Source: Isurus oxyrinchus
Taxonomy: Eukaryota
Length of the DNA stretch: 64,000 nucleotides
Reading direction: 5' to 3'
Assembly (NCBI GenBank): GCA_026770705.1
Contig: JANJGN010000087.1
Coordinates: forward strand, 62,001 to 126,000
Part shown: piece after piece, positions 38,620-52,139 of the stretch
Numbering within the stretch: the stretch's first letter is position 1
Layout of the letters: each line of letters starts with the position of its first letter
Translations under genes and position numbers: made by a program
The notes under the pieces: model-generated
Databases searched by the model: none
What the model was told of the DNA's origin: nothing
The model's input: only the letters and a program-made list of their open reading frames with translations

Positions 38620-39970
38620 TTAAGTTTATCAATGACTAAAGCCAACCCGATCCCAATCAGTCTACTCTCCATCATCAGTAAAATCAGAAGAGACTCATGC
38701 TTAGCAATCTCCTGCTCAGTGTCGATCAGTATGGGTTCATTATTATTTTCGGCCTTGGCTCAAACATGGACAACAAACCTGAACTGCCAAGGTGAGGGGT
38801 CAGTGACTGCCTTTGACATCAGGGCATTATGTGACCGCAGCGCGGCTTCAAGTAGCCCGAGTGAAACTGGAGTCTTTGGGATCCAAGGGAATGAAAAAAA
38901 AAACTTGCCGTTGCTTGGAGTAACATATACCACACAGGAAAATGGCTGTGGCTTTTGGAGGCCATGGATCTCAGTTATAGGGCACCACTGCAGGAGTTCC
39001 TCGGATTAGTGCCCTCGGCCCAGTCATCTTCAGCTGCTTCATGAATGACCTTCCTTTCATCAGAAGGTGAGAATAGGGAATGTTCGCTGTTGATTGCACC
39101 GTGATCATCACCGTTCACAACAGCTCAGGTTCTGAAATTGTCCTTGACTAAATGCAGCACAATTTTGAAAATATCCACTCTTGTGCTGACATGTGACAAG
39201 TAACATTCACTCCACAAAGGTGCCAGACAATTACCATCTCCCATAAGGGAGAATCTAACCTTGACATTTAATGGCATGGTCATCTCTGAATCCCCCGCTA
39301 TCAAAATCGTGGTGCTTACAATTGACCATCAATTGAACTGGAATAGCCAGGTAAACACTTTGACTACAAGAGCATGTCAGAATCTCGGAACCCTGAGGTG
39401 AGCAGTTCAACTCCTGACTCCACAGAACCTGTACATAGTCGACAAGGCACAAGTCAGGAGCCTAATGGAAAACTCTTCACTTGAGTGGACGATTGCACGA
39501 CTAACAACACCCAAGAAGCTCATCAACATACGGAACTAGGAACTCTGCTTGATTGCTATCCCTTCCACAAACATTCACTCCCATCACATCGAAGAACAGT
39601 AGCATCAATGTGCACCATCTGTAGGAGGTACTGCAGAATCTCACTAACTCCCCTGTGGCAGCACCATCTGAGCGCCGGACCAGGGCCATTTAGTGGGACA
39701 CGGGAATAGCATACATGACATCACCGACATTTGGAATGTCCCTCCAAGCCACAAGCCTTTCTGACTTGGAAATTTATTGCCTTTAATTCAGTGTCACTGG
39801 CTCAGAATGCTGGAAACCTGTGTTCAACAGCTTTGCGCGGGTACTTACAATAGAGGGGCTACAAAGCTACAAGAATGCAGCTCACCACCACCTTTGCAAA
39901 GACAATTGTGCTCGGGCAATAAATTCTGGCCAAGCCAGTGTCGCCCATATCCAACAAATTCAAGAAATAA
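38620..39970 (+). mobile_element. Second non-LTR family, RT region to 3' end
   Basis: PISLLSIISK, VTAFDIRALCD, a degenerate GVPQGSVLGP-like motif and an MFAVDCT remnant, followed by the shared 3' UTR. Confidence 0.8.
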
Positions 39971-40476
39971 GTGGTATCAGCTCAAGAGGAGCATACTCCT
40001 AAAAAAGCTTTGTTCAATCGCCAATATGAATGAATTTTAAAAGAGATCCAGTTCAATCCGCAAATGTGAGCAGGTGTTGGAAGGAATAATCACAAGTAGT
40101 CATCTACTCTGAAGTCAGTGGCGGGAGGTGCAGGAGTCAGATTTTCCCAGAAAGAGGAGGAAAAACAATTCAGGGATGTTTCCAACGCATCCCTGAAGAC
40201 ACTCAGCTAATCCCGCGACTTATCTGAGAACGCGGTTGGCCGCAATCCAGCAAACACAAACGTGCATAAACTAAGTCGAGATGATGGATGGAGCGCACAA
40301 CAGTTCGGACAACCTGTCTACCCAACCATTCAAGCAGCGCATGTGCCGTTAGTGAGAGACTCCGCAGTTCATCCAATGGACTATCAGTCATTTCAGAACC
40401 GATATTAGCAGAGAATAAGAAAGTCACCAACAATACAGAGAGACAGTCTGAGAAGATAAATAAATCTCTGCCTCAC

Positions 40477-40602
40477 CCAGAGTTAAAATATCACCGCCGG
40501 CATTTTCCCGTGTGACGAAATCATCATGAACACGGTCCAGCAGCAAGTGATCGCCCTTAGAATCATTGTCTGTAGTCTCAGCATCGTCGTAATCACGGAA
40601 AG
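40477..40602 (-). CDS. SRCR receptor cytoplasmic exon 3 (AFRDYDDAETTDNDSKGDHLLLDRVHDDFVTRENAGGDILTL)
   Basis: cctcccag|...|gtgagg, 126 nt, phase 1-1, with a DYDDA motif. Confidence 0.75.
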
Positions 40603-41135
40603 CTGGGAGGAACAAACGACTTTCATTGAGATTAATTGCTAACAATGAAGAGTTGGAATAACATTGAGACTTGTCAACAAAACATTCCGAGGAGAGAACA
40701 GTGGTTCTGTTGCACTAACAGGGGAGGGCGTTTAATGTGTGGATAATTTTTGGAACATTTCGCGTCACAGTATTATTATTTTATGTTTTGATGTCACGTG
40801 TCTCACTGACCCAATGATCTGGACAGCCTGCATGCGCATTGCACATTTCGCAGCCTACTGGGCCTTGTCATGAAACTAATAATGTGATATGTACTCTAAG
40901 TTAAAGCATTTCACTCCTTTGTATTATTGAGTACAATCACATGATTTTGATATGATATTGTATCAGCCTGAAAGTATTTCAGAAGCGCTTTTATCTAAAG
41001 TCACTGTAGTAGCTGATATCATCGTCCGTGCAACTTAATGGTGTTTTTGTTCTTTTTAATACTTCACATTCGATTGTTGATATTACTGAGTGCGAAGGAT
41101 GAAAACGAGACGGTCGGAAGTAAAACTTTACCCAC

Positions 41136-41246
41136 CCTGAATACTGGATGAGTTCTCGTCAGGAGTTTGCGATCCAAGACTTTTGAAATCCAAAATGTGG
41201 CTGGTGTAATATTCGATATCATTGAGCGAAACAATGGAAGCAGAAA
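41136..41246 (-). CDS. SRCR receptor cytoplasmic exon 2 (VSASIVSLNDIEYYTSHILDFKSLGSQTPDENSSSIQ)
   Basis: ctttctttaacag|...|gtgggt, 111 nt, phase 1-1, open frame. Confidence 0.75.
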
Positions 41247-41379
41247 CTGTTAAAGAAAGGGGACAAAATAATTTGGTTCTTGGAGCAATTGTTTATATCA
41301 TTATAGTCTCCACACGGTAAAGAAGTGTTCAGACCTTTGGAGTAGAGGTTACAATAAATAATCCCCTGCCCAAAACTCC

Positions 41380-42120
41380 CCTTCCCTCCCATTTTCAGAG
41401 ACGATAATTCCGCACCATTTGACGGAGGAGAAAGGAACTCATGGGCAATGGAACCAAAAAGAGACCAAGAATTTTATGATCCTTATTTTCAGCATTTTTG
41501 GATTCCTTTTGCTCATAACACGGTTTTCGTTCTTGTAAAGTGCTGCGAGCCTCATCAACTACTCCTCTATATCTTATAATAATATGCGGATCAGAACCCT
41601 AAATTATATTCCAAATTCCCTGGAACTAATGTTCGATCGAGGTTCAACAGAGTAATATTGTTATTCAAGGACAAATATCCAGAAATAAATTAGTGTTTGC
41701 TTTGGTTTTTTACAGCCTGATCATTCTGGATCGATTTTCTTTCTTTATTCGTTTCCCTGAACTCCTGCATTCAACGATTTTAGTATTTAATTCCGATTCA
41801 TTGTTACAGATCGAAAATTAATCCTTACTTTTTATACTAGATTGAAATTCCCCATAATTATTATGTAGAGATTCATTTGCCAATCGTATGTTCTTTGTCG
41901 GAAATTTATTAATGTCTGTTTTTAAAATGCTTTCACTGCCCCGAGCCACCACAATTTGGTCACTAGATACATTTAGAAAAATATATCGTTTTCATCCAAA
42001 ATCTAAATCATTCAGATTAATTTATAACAACAGTAATCCCAGCAGTGATGCGTTTTAAATACCCATTCCCACTTTCCTCCCCCTACATAACTACCTTGTA
42101 TAACACTCTGTTTCTTGTCT
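41380..42120 (-). mobile_element. Highly degenerate CR1-type fragment (intronic)
   Basis: Resembles the reverse complement of the CR1 RT 3' region. Confidence 0.4.
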
Positions 42121-42129
42121 TGCAGGCAG

Positions 42130-42605
42130 CAGGCTACTCATTTCCATAGGTGTCACTTGACTCCATGTAAATGTAATGAATAAGAGCAAACAGTGCTTTT
42201 CCTGATCACCATATGTCCAAAGCTGTTTGCAGCTAATGGACACTTGTGACGTATCGTCACTATTGAAATATGGGACAGGTGGCAGACAATTTGTAAACAA
42301 AAATTCTTTCCACGGGCAACCACAACAATGTACTAATTAGCAGATAATCTGACTTTGTGATTTTGTTCAAGATATACATATTTGTCAGTATACCAAGGGT
42401 ATGTCTAAATTCTCCAGGAGAAGATATTTTGGTCACCACTTAAATAATGACTCTGAAAGAGAACACTGCCAAGAGCGCATCAGCTGCTCATTTCTGCACC
42501 ACAGTGTCTCCTTGATATTTCTGAGCAAGTACTGGAGTGGAACTGGATGCCAGAAGATATTGAATGAGAAGCAAATTTGACACCCACTGGGCAACAGCTG
42601 AGATG
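42130..42605 (-). mobile_element. Degenerate tRNA-derived Deu-type SINE (SacSINE1-like)
   Basis: The reverse strand has a B-box-like GTTCCACTCCAGTACTTG head and a cagattatctg..ttgttgtgg body; homologous to 52140-52590. Confidence 0.5.
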
Positions 42606-43966
42606 TAAGCACTTGTATTATCCATCGGTATGTTAAGGGCACAGTTCCAAAAATTATTTTTCAAATCCACAGAATGTATGTCCTCACTGCTAACCTTATC
42701 TATGCTGTTACCTTTTTGAACATTTTGCTGACGTTCCTAAAGTGACAGTTCCCATTATCGAGTGTTTGCTGGCTGCTATTTTAGTCGTTTGATGCTAATT
42801 TGTACCCTTTTCCTCCTTTGTATCAATTGAATAAGTTTTTCTCCAACCAACGTTCAGGCAACGGATCTTTTGTCCCTGGACATTTTTCTTCTCCATATTT
42901 AATTGCACATTTAATTTTAGTTACCTGCCAGGATCGTGGCACTACCACTGCTTGAAATGAATTGTTTGACCACTGTAAATGTGCCTCTGCTATCTTATTT
43001 TCTTTCCGTAATTAATGGATGCAAACTGTTCTGACCAATGATGTTTTTTGGTAAGATATTTTTTTTTACTTTCTTCTTAAATGAATTGTTGTCACTCCTA
43101 ATCTAATTTTCCAAAGTCATGCCCTCTTACCCCTGGTGAATACTAAAATAATGTTGTTAATTAATATTTCATGAATGCCGCTCTTATTCTTTCAGTTCCT
43201 TTTTGGAACACTGACATGCCATATTGACCTACCCTTACTTTGCAACGTTAAATATTCTACTAATTTGCTAGACAATCCACGATCATTTCATTGACTAGTC
43301 ATTATTATCACCATAACTACATTTTTCATCTTTCTTCACGTTCTCCCTTATCCTGCATGCCACCACAATTCTTCCCATCATTGTTATTCTTCCCTAACAT
43401 ATCGTTATTTCTTTTTTTGCCATGTGCTCTTGTTCCCAATGGTTTGGCCCAGTGTTTAGCATATTCTTATTAGTTATTGAAAAATGTTCTCGTGGATTCT
43501 GTTGAATGTAGTTTGAATGTGTTTTTCTTTCCATTATAGATATTCATAATGTTGGATAAATGATACCCGAATATGATTCTCAGCCCCTGAGATCAGCGGC
43601 CCTGTAGGCTATCATAGTTGATGAGAGTGGATTGCATTTTCTGTTTTATAATCCTCTCTTTGCATAATTTTGTCAGTCTGATACCTAACGAATGCAGTGA
43701 GCAGTCCCTTGGGAAGTTGGAAACACTGATCTGATCGCTATTTTCCACCAAACGGCAAAGCACCCTTTAGGTAACACAGAATTTTGGGAAATTTGAGAAG
43801 CTCATTACTCTTCTCACAAAACAAAAGTAAGCGGAGATAGGAAACTTTCACATGAGTAAAGTGAGTGGAATGCCTGTTGGACCCATTCATTGCCCTGACT
43901 TTTAACGGGGGTAAACGGAAATGGAGTTCCCCAGTGCGTATTGGCTTTGCAATGGAAGTTACAAAC

Positions 43967-44074
43967 CTAAGCCACGGGTGAGAGCTGGATCCTTGACAGG
44001 TGGTATATTTTCAATTTCTTCATAAATTGCTTGGTACAAATCAATTGGTGAAGCCCAACTGCCAGTGGCAAAAC
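43967..44074 (-). CDS. SRCR receptor cytoplasmic exon 1 (GFATGSWASPIDLYQAIYEEIENIPPVKDPALTRGL)
   Basis: tctccatcag|...|gtttgt, 108 nt, phase 1-1, with a YEEI motif. Confidence 0.82.
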   Translation of the reverse strand, partial: VLPLAVGLHQLICTKQFMKKLKIYHLSRIQLSPVA

Positions 44075-45019
44075 CTGATGGAGACAATGCGGAGGGATTA
44101 ACATTTTGTTGCATTTTACTTTGCTGAATATTAAAATGTTTTCAAATAATATCACAAAACAGATGGTGAATGTGAATGCAAAAAGTCAGTGAGCTGGTTT
44201 TGAATGATCTTTTGTTAAGTATGTTTTATTTTACAAGAGAGTGCGTATCCAACTGTGTGTGTGAGAGAGATAAAATGAGAGACAGAGAGAGAGACGTTAT
44301 GTACATGGGGCTGTGTCTGTGTGGGCGTGTGCATGTGTGGGTAACCACATGGAAGCATGTTCAACTCCATCAGACTAGGGGAAATTTAATTAAGGTCGGA
44401 AAAGACGAAACAAGGCGTTTCCGGGAGGAATCAATTTCAGCTGAAAACTCTGTCGTGAGACCCAAGGAGATTTTAGCTGAAGAGAAGCAGGGGAAAAATG
44501 ATTGATTCTGCTGAGAGCATCAGGTTGGAAAGACGAGTGAGGAGCTGACCTTTCTTTTAGGTATCGCATCAACATTAAAATTAATTTGCTTTGCACATCG
44601 AACAGGAGTGTGATGGTTGTTCAGATCAGAGTTGTTACTTATGTCATTGTACACAATATTCAAAAATTGGTGCTGAAAATCCCATCGAAGTCTCACATCT
44701 CAAAATTATGGATCGATTCTGGCTATGGAGAATGAGAATGGGCATCAGGGCACGGAAACTCAAGGAGTGGACGGACACTGATTGGATTGACTTCGAATGA
44801 TGGAAACGTCATGACTGGGCACTAAGTCTAAAATGCTTCAAATAACCTTCAGATCTGTGGCTGCAACAATTGATTGACCTTCAGACGCAGTAGCGGTGGA
44901 ATAATTAGGACTGCAAATGTGGACAGTCAAGTGATTCTTCAATTTAAATGACACATTTCACCGTTTGACCAAGTACTTTGAACGAAAATTCTCGTTAAAT
45001 TGCTTAACATAAGTTTCCA

Positions 45020-46200
45020 ACATGACAAGTGACATTCAATGGAAAAGGGCAATAAAGTGAATTCTCGCCAGTGTATGAGGCATGAAGGCCACTGAAAAAA
45101 AAACACTGCAGCCAATAGGATTCAGGGGGAAATTCTTCACTGCGTGAAGTCAGAGTGAGCATAGAACAAGGGAATTGTGGTTGTTGGATGTCAATCATCC
45201 TTCAGTAGTTGGACATTAATGCAGGAGCTCCTCAGCATAGCGTGCTAGGACCAACGATCTTCATGTGTTTCATCAGTGACCATGTCTTCATCTGAAGGTC
45301 ATCAGTGAGGATTTCCACTGATGATGGCACAATGTTTATTACCGGTCCCAAATCCTCAGCTACTGCAGCAGGCCATGCCCACATGCTGTCAGACATGGAC
45401 CATATCCAGGCCTGACATTCATAGTGGAGAGTAAAATTCGTGCCTCACTAGTGCCAGGAAATGACGATCTACAACAAGGTGCAATCCAACTGGCAGCCTT
45501 TGACATTCAGTGGCATTGCCATCACTGATTCCCCCACTAACAACATCCCAGGCATTTCCATTGTCCAGAAACTGAACTGGGCTTGTGATATGAATGATGT
45601 GGTGACAAAAGCAGGTAAGAGACAAGAAACCCTTCTGAGGAACTTAACACCAGACTAGGCAAATCCTTTCCATCGTCTGCAAGGGACAATCAGGAGTGTT
45701 CCTGAATATTATCCACTTGCCTGTTTGAGAGCAGCTACAACAAAATTCTAGAGGTTTGCCGCCATCCAGAATAAAGCTTTCTGCTTTTTTGGCACCATAT
45801 CCACAACCAATCACTCCATTCATCATCCGCTTACAGTGGCAGCAGTGTGTACTGTTTATAAGATGCACTTGAAGAATCCAGTAAGGCTACTGAGGTAGGA
45901 CCTTCCAAAACCACATAAACAACCAAGGAGAATGACAAGCGAAGCAGAGATATGGGAAAACCACTTACTGGAAGTCACCCTCCAAGCCTGTCACTATTTT
46001 TATTTAGATATTTGTCGCCGTTCTGACACAGTCGCTGGGTCAAATCCTTAAACTCCCTCCATAAAAGTACGTTGGTGTACCTATGCAACATGGACTGCAA
46101 CGGTTCAAGAAGTCATCTCATCACCACTTTCTCAAGGGCAACTTTGGATGGCCAATGAATGCAGGACTGCCAGAGAGTCTCAAATATCATTCATAAATTG
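45020..46200 (+). mobile_element. Second non-LTR family, RT region to 3' end (intronic, antisense to the gene)
   Basis: AGAPQHSVLGP and ISTDDGTMF remnants, with the shared 3' UTR ending in an A-rich tail. Confidence 0.8.
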
Positions 46201-46260
46201 AAATAAAAAATAAAGATATCCGAGATTTAATGTGAAGTGAGTGGTAATGTTTGTCCTCAC

Positions 46261-46377
46261 CTTTCCTTGATGATTGCCTCCGCATTACCACAATTAGTAG
46301 GATGAACTCACAGATCAACAGGATACCGATTGTTATACCAATCACAAGAGTGATGGAAGTGATATTGTCTTCATGTC
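46261..46377 (-). CDS. SRCR receptor transmembrane exon (GHEDNITSITLVIGITIGILLICEFILLIVVMRRQSSRK)
   Basis: catttcattaag|...|gtgagg, 117 nt, a hydrophobic helix followed by a basic stop-transfer RRQSSRK. Confidence 0.88.
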
Positions 46378-46562
46378 CTTAATGAAATGTTAAAGAAAGA
46401 TTCAACTAGGACACAGGATGCTTTGTATTGTTAAACGGTCCAACATTCTGAAACACTAAGATTAACCTCAGAATTTCTTTACAAAAACAAGCAAATGCCA
46501 ATTATATCAGATCATTCTGAACATTAACCTTGACAGGAATACTCATTATTCATAAGACCAAC

Positions 46563-46604
46563 CTGCGGGTGTGGATGGAAAAGCAGCCGATGACAACTCT
46601 GGAC
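46563..46604 (-). CDS. SRCR receptor stalk exon (GPELSSAAFPSTPA)
   Basis: cccatag|...|gttggt, 42 nt, phase 1-1, Pro/Ser/Thr-rich. Confidence 0.75.
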
Positions 46605-46752
46605 CTATGGGTTATTAAACAAAAAATATAGAACTTTAACTTAGAAAGTCATCTCTTTTTCATCATTTACAAATTCATGAGATGTATTCAGCAAACAATC
46701 ACCAACCGCCAATCTCCGGGCCCCTACTCGCACCATTCTGCAATACCCTTAC

Positions 46753-47070
46753 CGGAACAAATCACACTGGCGTCCTCCTTGTGATCACAGTCAGTTTGAG
46801 CAGACGCTAAGGAAGGACAATCAGAGAGAAAGGATTCGCTTCCGGTACACCTCACCTCATCAAACCACATGTCACCTTCACCCTGTCCAAAAGTGGCCCC
46901 TGCTGTGGCCAATAGAGCAGAGCCACAATGCAGCTGTCTGCAGACAACACTGGCATCGGCCATATCCCAAGAGTCATCACACACTGTGCTCCAGTTGTTT
47001 TTGCACATTATCTCCACTCGCCCGGAGCAGTTGGTGTTACCTCCAATCAGGCGCAAACCTACATCTGAAT
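46753..47070 (-). CDS. SRCR domain 7 exon (membrane-proximal)
   Basis: [47 protein letters not shown]; AG/GT, 318 nt (an alternative in-frame acceptor exists at 47064). Confidence 0.93.
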
Positions 47071-47298
47071 CTGTCAAAGATAATCAATCACTATTATTTC
47101 TGCACAAAAATACAGGTAGACAACTCAGATAATTGATCTATTAAAGTGGAGCAATCACCTGATTCTCGACCACAATCCTTTTCACTTTTGGGCTGGCCCT
47201 TCGTTATCTTTCTTCCTGTTGAGGAAAGAAACGTGCTGACTCATTTGGACATCAATGAATGAAATAACACTCGCACATTGGAAGGTTTGTTTTGTTAC

Positions 47299-47616
47299 CT
47301 GAACATGAAACGCCTGCATCCTCTTTGTGATTACAGTTGTGTTGTCCCCACGGGTCTGTCTGACACTGCCAGATGGTCGAATCGTGTGAAATACATTCTA
47401 TTTCATCGAGCCAAATAGGTCCGGATCCTTCTCCGAATGACTGAGTGGTATAGTCTATAGAAACCAGGGGGCCACACTGTAACTGTTTACAGATCACCTC
47501 AGCATCATGGCGATCCAGTGCTTCCGAACACACTGTTCCCCAGATTCCATTGTAGAACACTTCCGCCCGCCCCTCACAGCGATGCTTTCCATTCACCAGC
47601 CGCAGCGCTTTGTGTT
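47299..47616 (-). CDS. SRCR domain 6 exon
   Basis: [51 protein letters not shown]; AG/GT, 318 nt. Confidence 0.93.
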
Positions 47617-48606
47617 CTATCAATGAAAGAAGAAATCTCCAGATGTTTCCAGTGATAAATGGAATCATGTCAACAGTGCCCCCTCCACCCAAGTTGTGCC
47701 AGAGGTGTTCACTGAATAGAGATAATTATTCCAGAAATGTAACAGTGATACATGTACAATCCAATTATATAATCAATGATAATCAACACAGATTTCAAAA
47801 GAGCGAACTCTCGATCTTCCAATTCATTGAATTACTTGAGGAAGTTTCAGAAAGATTATGTGGAGATAATAATGTCCATGTAATCCACATGGATTTTGAA
47901 AACAATAACTTTCAAAAAGTTTTCAAACAGCTGCATTAAGGCTGAGAACAGGGAAATGACATTGCCGGCACAGTATTAATAGAAGAGCCAACAAGCGACA
48001 ACGCAGGATTTCATATATAATAGCAGAAGTTGGGGCGTGCTGTACACATGGATTATTGCTGGGGCTCACATCTGTTTCAGATTAACATATTACATTTGGT
48101 ATTTGGAATTGAAGTGAATGTTCAAAATGCACTACGGTTTGCAGTTAATACCAAGACAGGTTCCATTAACTGCAGGAAGACGGTCGGAGACAGCAGGATA
48201 GGCTTGTCAATGCTGAAATTATTTCAATGCTGATTAGAATAAAGTCGTGATTTTTTCGGACAAAGAAACACAAGAGCCAAACAAATTGGGATTTAGGAGA
48301 TTTTCTGTTTCGCTTTCTATTACCCAGATAGAAGGAGAATGTGGAACATGGAACATGTACATTTAGTGGGGGCGAATTGTGGTGATGCCTTGAATGTGAC
48401 GTTTGATAAAGGCACGAGGGGAAAATACAGAGTGCAATACAGCTCAGACCACATGAAATGATGTAAGATTATGAGAAGAATATGCAGCAGTCAGACGCAT
48501 TGAGCAGAATGACCAGTTGATGTACAGTTTCTGGGCCATTCAGTAAAATTCCATCTGTCTGAATCTTCTCGTATGAAGGAAATAAGTGCATTTAAGTCAC
48601 CCTTAC

Positions 48607-48921
48607 CTGAGCACATGATCTTCACATCTTCTTTATGAGAACAGTCGTGGGCACCCCAATATTCAGAAGGACATTGCCAGAGATACGATTCCTCCCCTGA
48701 ACACTCCAAGCCTTCCAACCAAACTGGACCTGAGCCTGCTCCACAAGAGTCAGGAAGTGTCACGTCCAAAGCCTTTCCGCAATGCAGCTGTTTGCAAACG
48801 ACGTCAGCGTCTGTCAGATCCCAGGAATCATCACAAACTGAGCCACAGGTCCCGTTATAGTAAATCTCCACTCGGCCTGCACATGGGCTTCCACCGTCTG
48901 ACAGCCTTAACTGTTTGTGTT
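48607..48921 (-). CDS. SRCR domain 5 exon
   Basis: LRLSDGGSPCAGRVEIYYNGTCGSVCDDSWD..CSHKEDVKIMCS; AG/GT, 315 nt; the conserved W of WGSVC is Cys here. Confidence 0.93.
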
Positions 48922-49886
48922 CTGATCCAAAGAAGACAATCTTTACTAAGAGGATTCGATTACGCATTTATGTCATAACACAAATTGAAACTATTGGACA
49001 TTATCCAGCAAAAGTAATAGAACAAATCACTTGACTATGACAGGTAACTGTTTCTATAGTTGAGACCATGTATTTCTAATTACTTGAAATTTATAATGTG
49101 GAGTGAAAAAGATTTCAAATATTCCTACACCTGATTCCATCGATATTTTGGCTTGCAGTTCACGTATTGTGTGCTCAGTGCTGTGTGCCCTGTTTCAACC
49201 TCAACTGAACTTTTTTGTATTCATCGTTCCACCTAAACTACTTATGAACATCAATTGTACACAGCTTTTTCTCTCCCCTGCACGTATCTCGAAAACTTAT
49301 TTCAGTCGATTTCTGATTATATCGCTTTTTTATTTTGATTATATTGAAAAAAAATGCTGCAATTCCTCAGGGGATCTGGCAGCTTCAGTGGAAAAAAGAA
49401 ACCAAGTGACTTTTAAGAATGACATTTCATAGAAGCTCGGTCTTCTGCTGCTGAAAGACCTGTAAGTGCATCGTTTTTTCATGGATTGAATAATGCAGAA
49501 ATCCCATGAGCGGCCTGTCGCTCTGATGAGTATGAGAACGGCAATTCTATGAAAACGTTGTTAAATTAACACACAATTTCGCACCAAGCTGTAAGGCCCC
49601 TCCCAACACCACACCGCCCCGCCCCTCACAACTCCCCCCGCCCCGCACTAACAGAAGTGCTGTCAGAATTTCCTGTTTGAGAGAAAATTTTGAATTCCGT
49701 CGTTAATAAATGCGGAGCAAAAATGCATGTCCTGCTTGTTGATCAGTTCTGTGCGTGCCGACTCTCCCCACGTTAGCCCTCCAATGCTAAGCAGTTAGGT
49801 TAAAAGAACTCGTGACGTATATTCACACCTCCCTCCTTATTAGATATTTCTATTTATGTTCCGGTAAAATTGAACTATTTATTCAC

Positions 49887-50201
49887 CTGAACACAGAACC
49901 CCGACGCCGACACTTTCATTGAGAGACGAATTCATTGCAAATGAGCTGCAGTTGCGGAGATACAGTTCGTTTCCTCCACACTGGACATCATTCACCCACA
50001 CAGGCCCTTCACTCTCTCCATACATTGCAGAGGTATAAGCGGCAAGTGCGACACCACATCCTAGTTGCTTGCAGACCACGGTAGCATCATTGAGGTCCCA
50101 GAGGCTGTCCTGTACTCTGCCCCAGCGACCGTTGTGGTAAATTTCCACACGACCATCACAGCGGCTTCCCCCATTCGTCAATCTCAGTGACCAACTTTCA
50201 T
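49887..50201 (-). CDS. SRCR domain 4 exon (6-Cys variant)
   Basis: LRLTNGGSRCDGRVEIYHNGRWGRVQDSLWD..VGVGVLCS; AG/GT, 315 nt. Confidence 0.93.
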
Positions 50202-50999
50202 CTAGAAGATGAGAGCAAGGGGTAACATTCAAACAAATCATGCACATCTGACTCAATATAACCGGGGCAATGATTATTCACGTAAATGTTCTGACCCTAG
50301 TGCCAAGGTGAGGCAGATCAGTGGGACCCTGCTGAGCACGCTGATGCGGGAGGGTGAGCAGTCAGCATTCGTGCTCCGTTAGTGGAACAATTTCAGAGGT
50401 AGGAAGAGGGGTGTAGTCCTGCAGATGATTTTTAAGGATGTTGCAAACAATCTAGTAAATTGCCATCAACGGAGTAATATCCTGATAATATTGAAATATC
50501 CCAGCACAACGTACGAGCGATAGAACTAATGAACATGTCGTAAGATAAACGGTGCACGAGAGTCCTAATGAAGCTCATGTGACTTTGTGACCTGTTCTCA
50601 TGCACTCATAGACTCAGTTCTGTGAAGAAAGGACCAATGGATGTTTTCATGTGTTTCACATGAAAAAAAATCCGGCGGCAATGTCCGTCTGGTTTATTGG
50701 TTGGACAGTACAGAATGAATTTGTCAGGGATTTGGGAACGGGCAGATATAGTTAGAGAGAAAAACCAAACTGCACAGAAAAGTAGAAAAGAAAGATTGCA
50801 ATAACGGAGGAAATAATGTGGTGTTATTCATGATAAGCACAACCGGGGTTGTATAATGGCCTCAATTATATTTACTTTTCAGGTATGTGAACGTACATTG
50901 CAATAAATGATGTTCGTGACGTACAGGCTCTGAAAATGACTGAGGAGCAATAATGGAAAATTGACTTAGACAAGTGCAGGACTATGCAAAAGCTCAAAG

Positions 51000-51900
51000 G
51001 CTCCCTGGGTGATTAAAGAGATGGGGATTAAGGTGAAACAGAAATAAATATATATGGATAGGATATTGAATTTGGATAATGCAAGCGAGATCCAAGATGA
51101 ATGTACAATATCCAGACCATATAAGAGACTCCCACTAACATAAAACGGGATCTTACAGTCTTATATAGGCACAAAACAGACACCAAAAAGGAAATCGGCA
51201 TATAAAGGCTGATGTTATGGCTCAGCTGCTGAGTCAGCATTTTGAGTATGTTTTTTAGCCAAGGAAGAAAATGCTCCTCGATGCTGGACAAAGAATAGGC
51301 AGATGAAATAAAATGGAGTGTTTAGATATTTGTAAAGAGGACGAATTGGCTTGGGCAACTGATGTTGAATTTGACGGGACACATGGATTGGATGACGTCT
51401 ATTCGGGGAGCATGACCAATGTCAGAGCCGAAATCGCCAGATAATGGTCATAATGTTCCCATCCTTCTTCAATGCCGATAAATGAAGTTTCCAAATATTA
51501 CACCCTTGTTCAAGAAATGGTGTTAGGATAAATGCTGTAAATTCGGACCAGTAAGTTTAATATTGGCTTTGGGAAAGCTTTGTTTCCTTGGAAAATATAC
51601 ATTGGGGCAGAAGTTAGAGCCAGTTGAAAAATGTAGTTTTGGTAAGAGACAATCGCATTGCACGGACTTGCTAGAGTAATTTAATAAGGTTAGTGAGACT
51701 GTTAATGAGGCTAATGGAGTGGATTGGGCTTTGATGGACTTTGAAATGACCTTTGGCAAAGGGTCACGATAGCTGCTTGGCAGAAATGTTTGGCGCCTGT
51801 GGAATAAAAAAAAATGACTGATTGGAGATGGAATTGCTCTTTGAAAGGGAACAGGACGTCGTGTTCAACGTTTCTTCTTTTCCAGACCAGAGGAACAGGA
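51000..51900 (+). mobile_element. Degenerate CR1-type ORF2 fragment (intronic)
   Basis: Remnants resembling NITPLFKK..DKCCKFGPVSL and MDFEMTFGK (MDFQKAFDK-like). Confidence 0.55.
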
Positions 51901-52139
51901 CATTCCACCTGGCTAGAAACCCTGATTTTCCGTTAATACATGATATCTACCGAGACTTGGTTGTAAGGGGAACAATTTCATTTTTTTTCCTCAAAGAATA
52001 CAGAATTTTTTTAAGTGTTGTAAAATGTTGAAAGATTAAAATTAAATCAGACACCGACAAGCTGTTAGAACGGGCCGGAAAGTTATAGACGAAATTCGGT
52101 TGAGGGAAGCATTGGTTGGCCCATTTTTGTTGGAAGTAA

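Noticed and set aside
40100-40433. ORF 40203-40433 and nearby sequence as additional cytoplasmic or terminal exons
   Set aside because: The polypyrimidine tracts are not followed by a clear AG giving a convincing open phase-1 frame.
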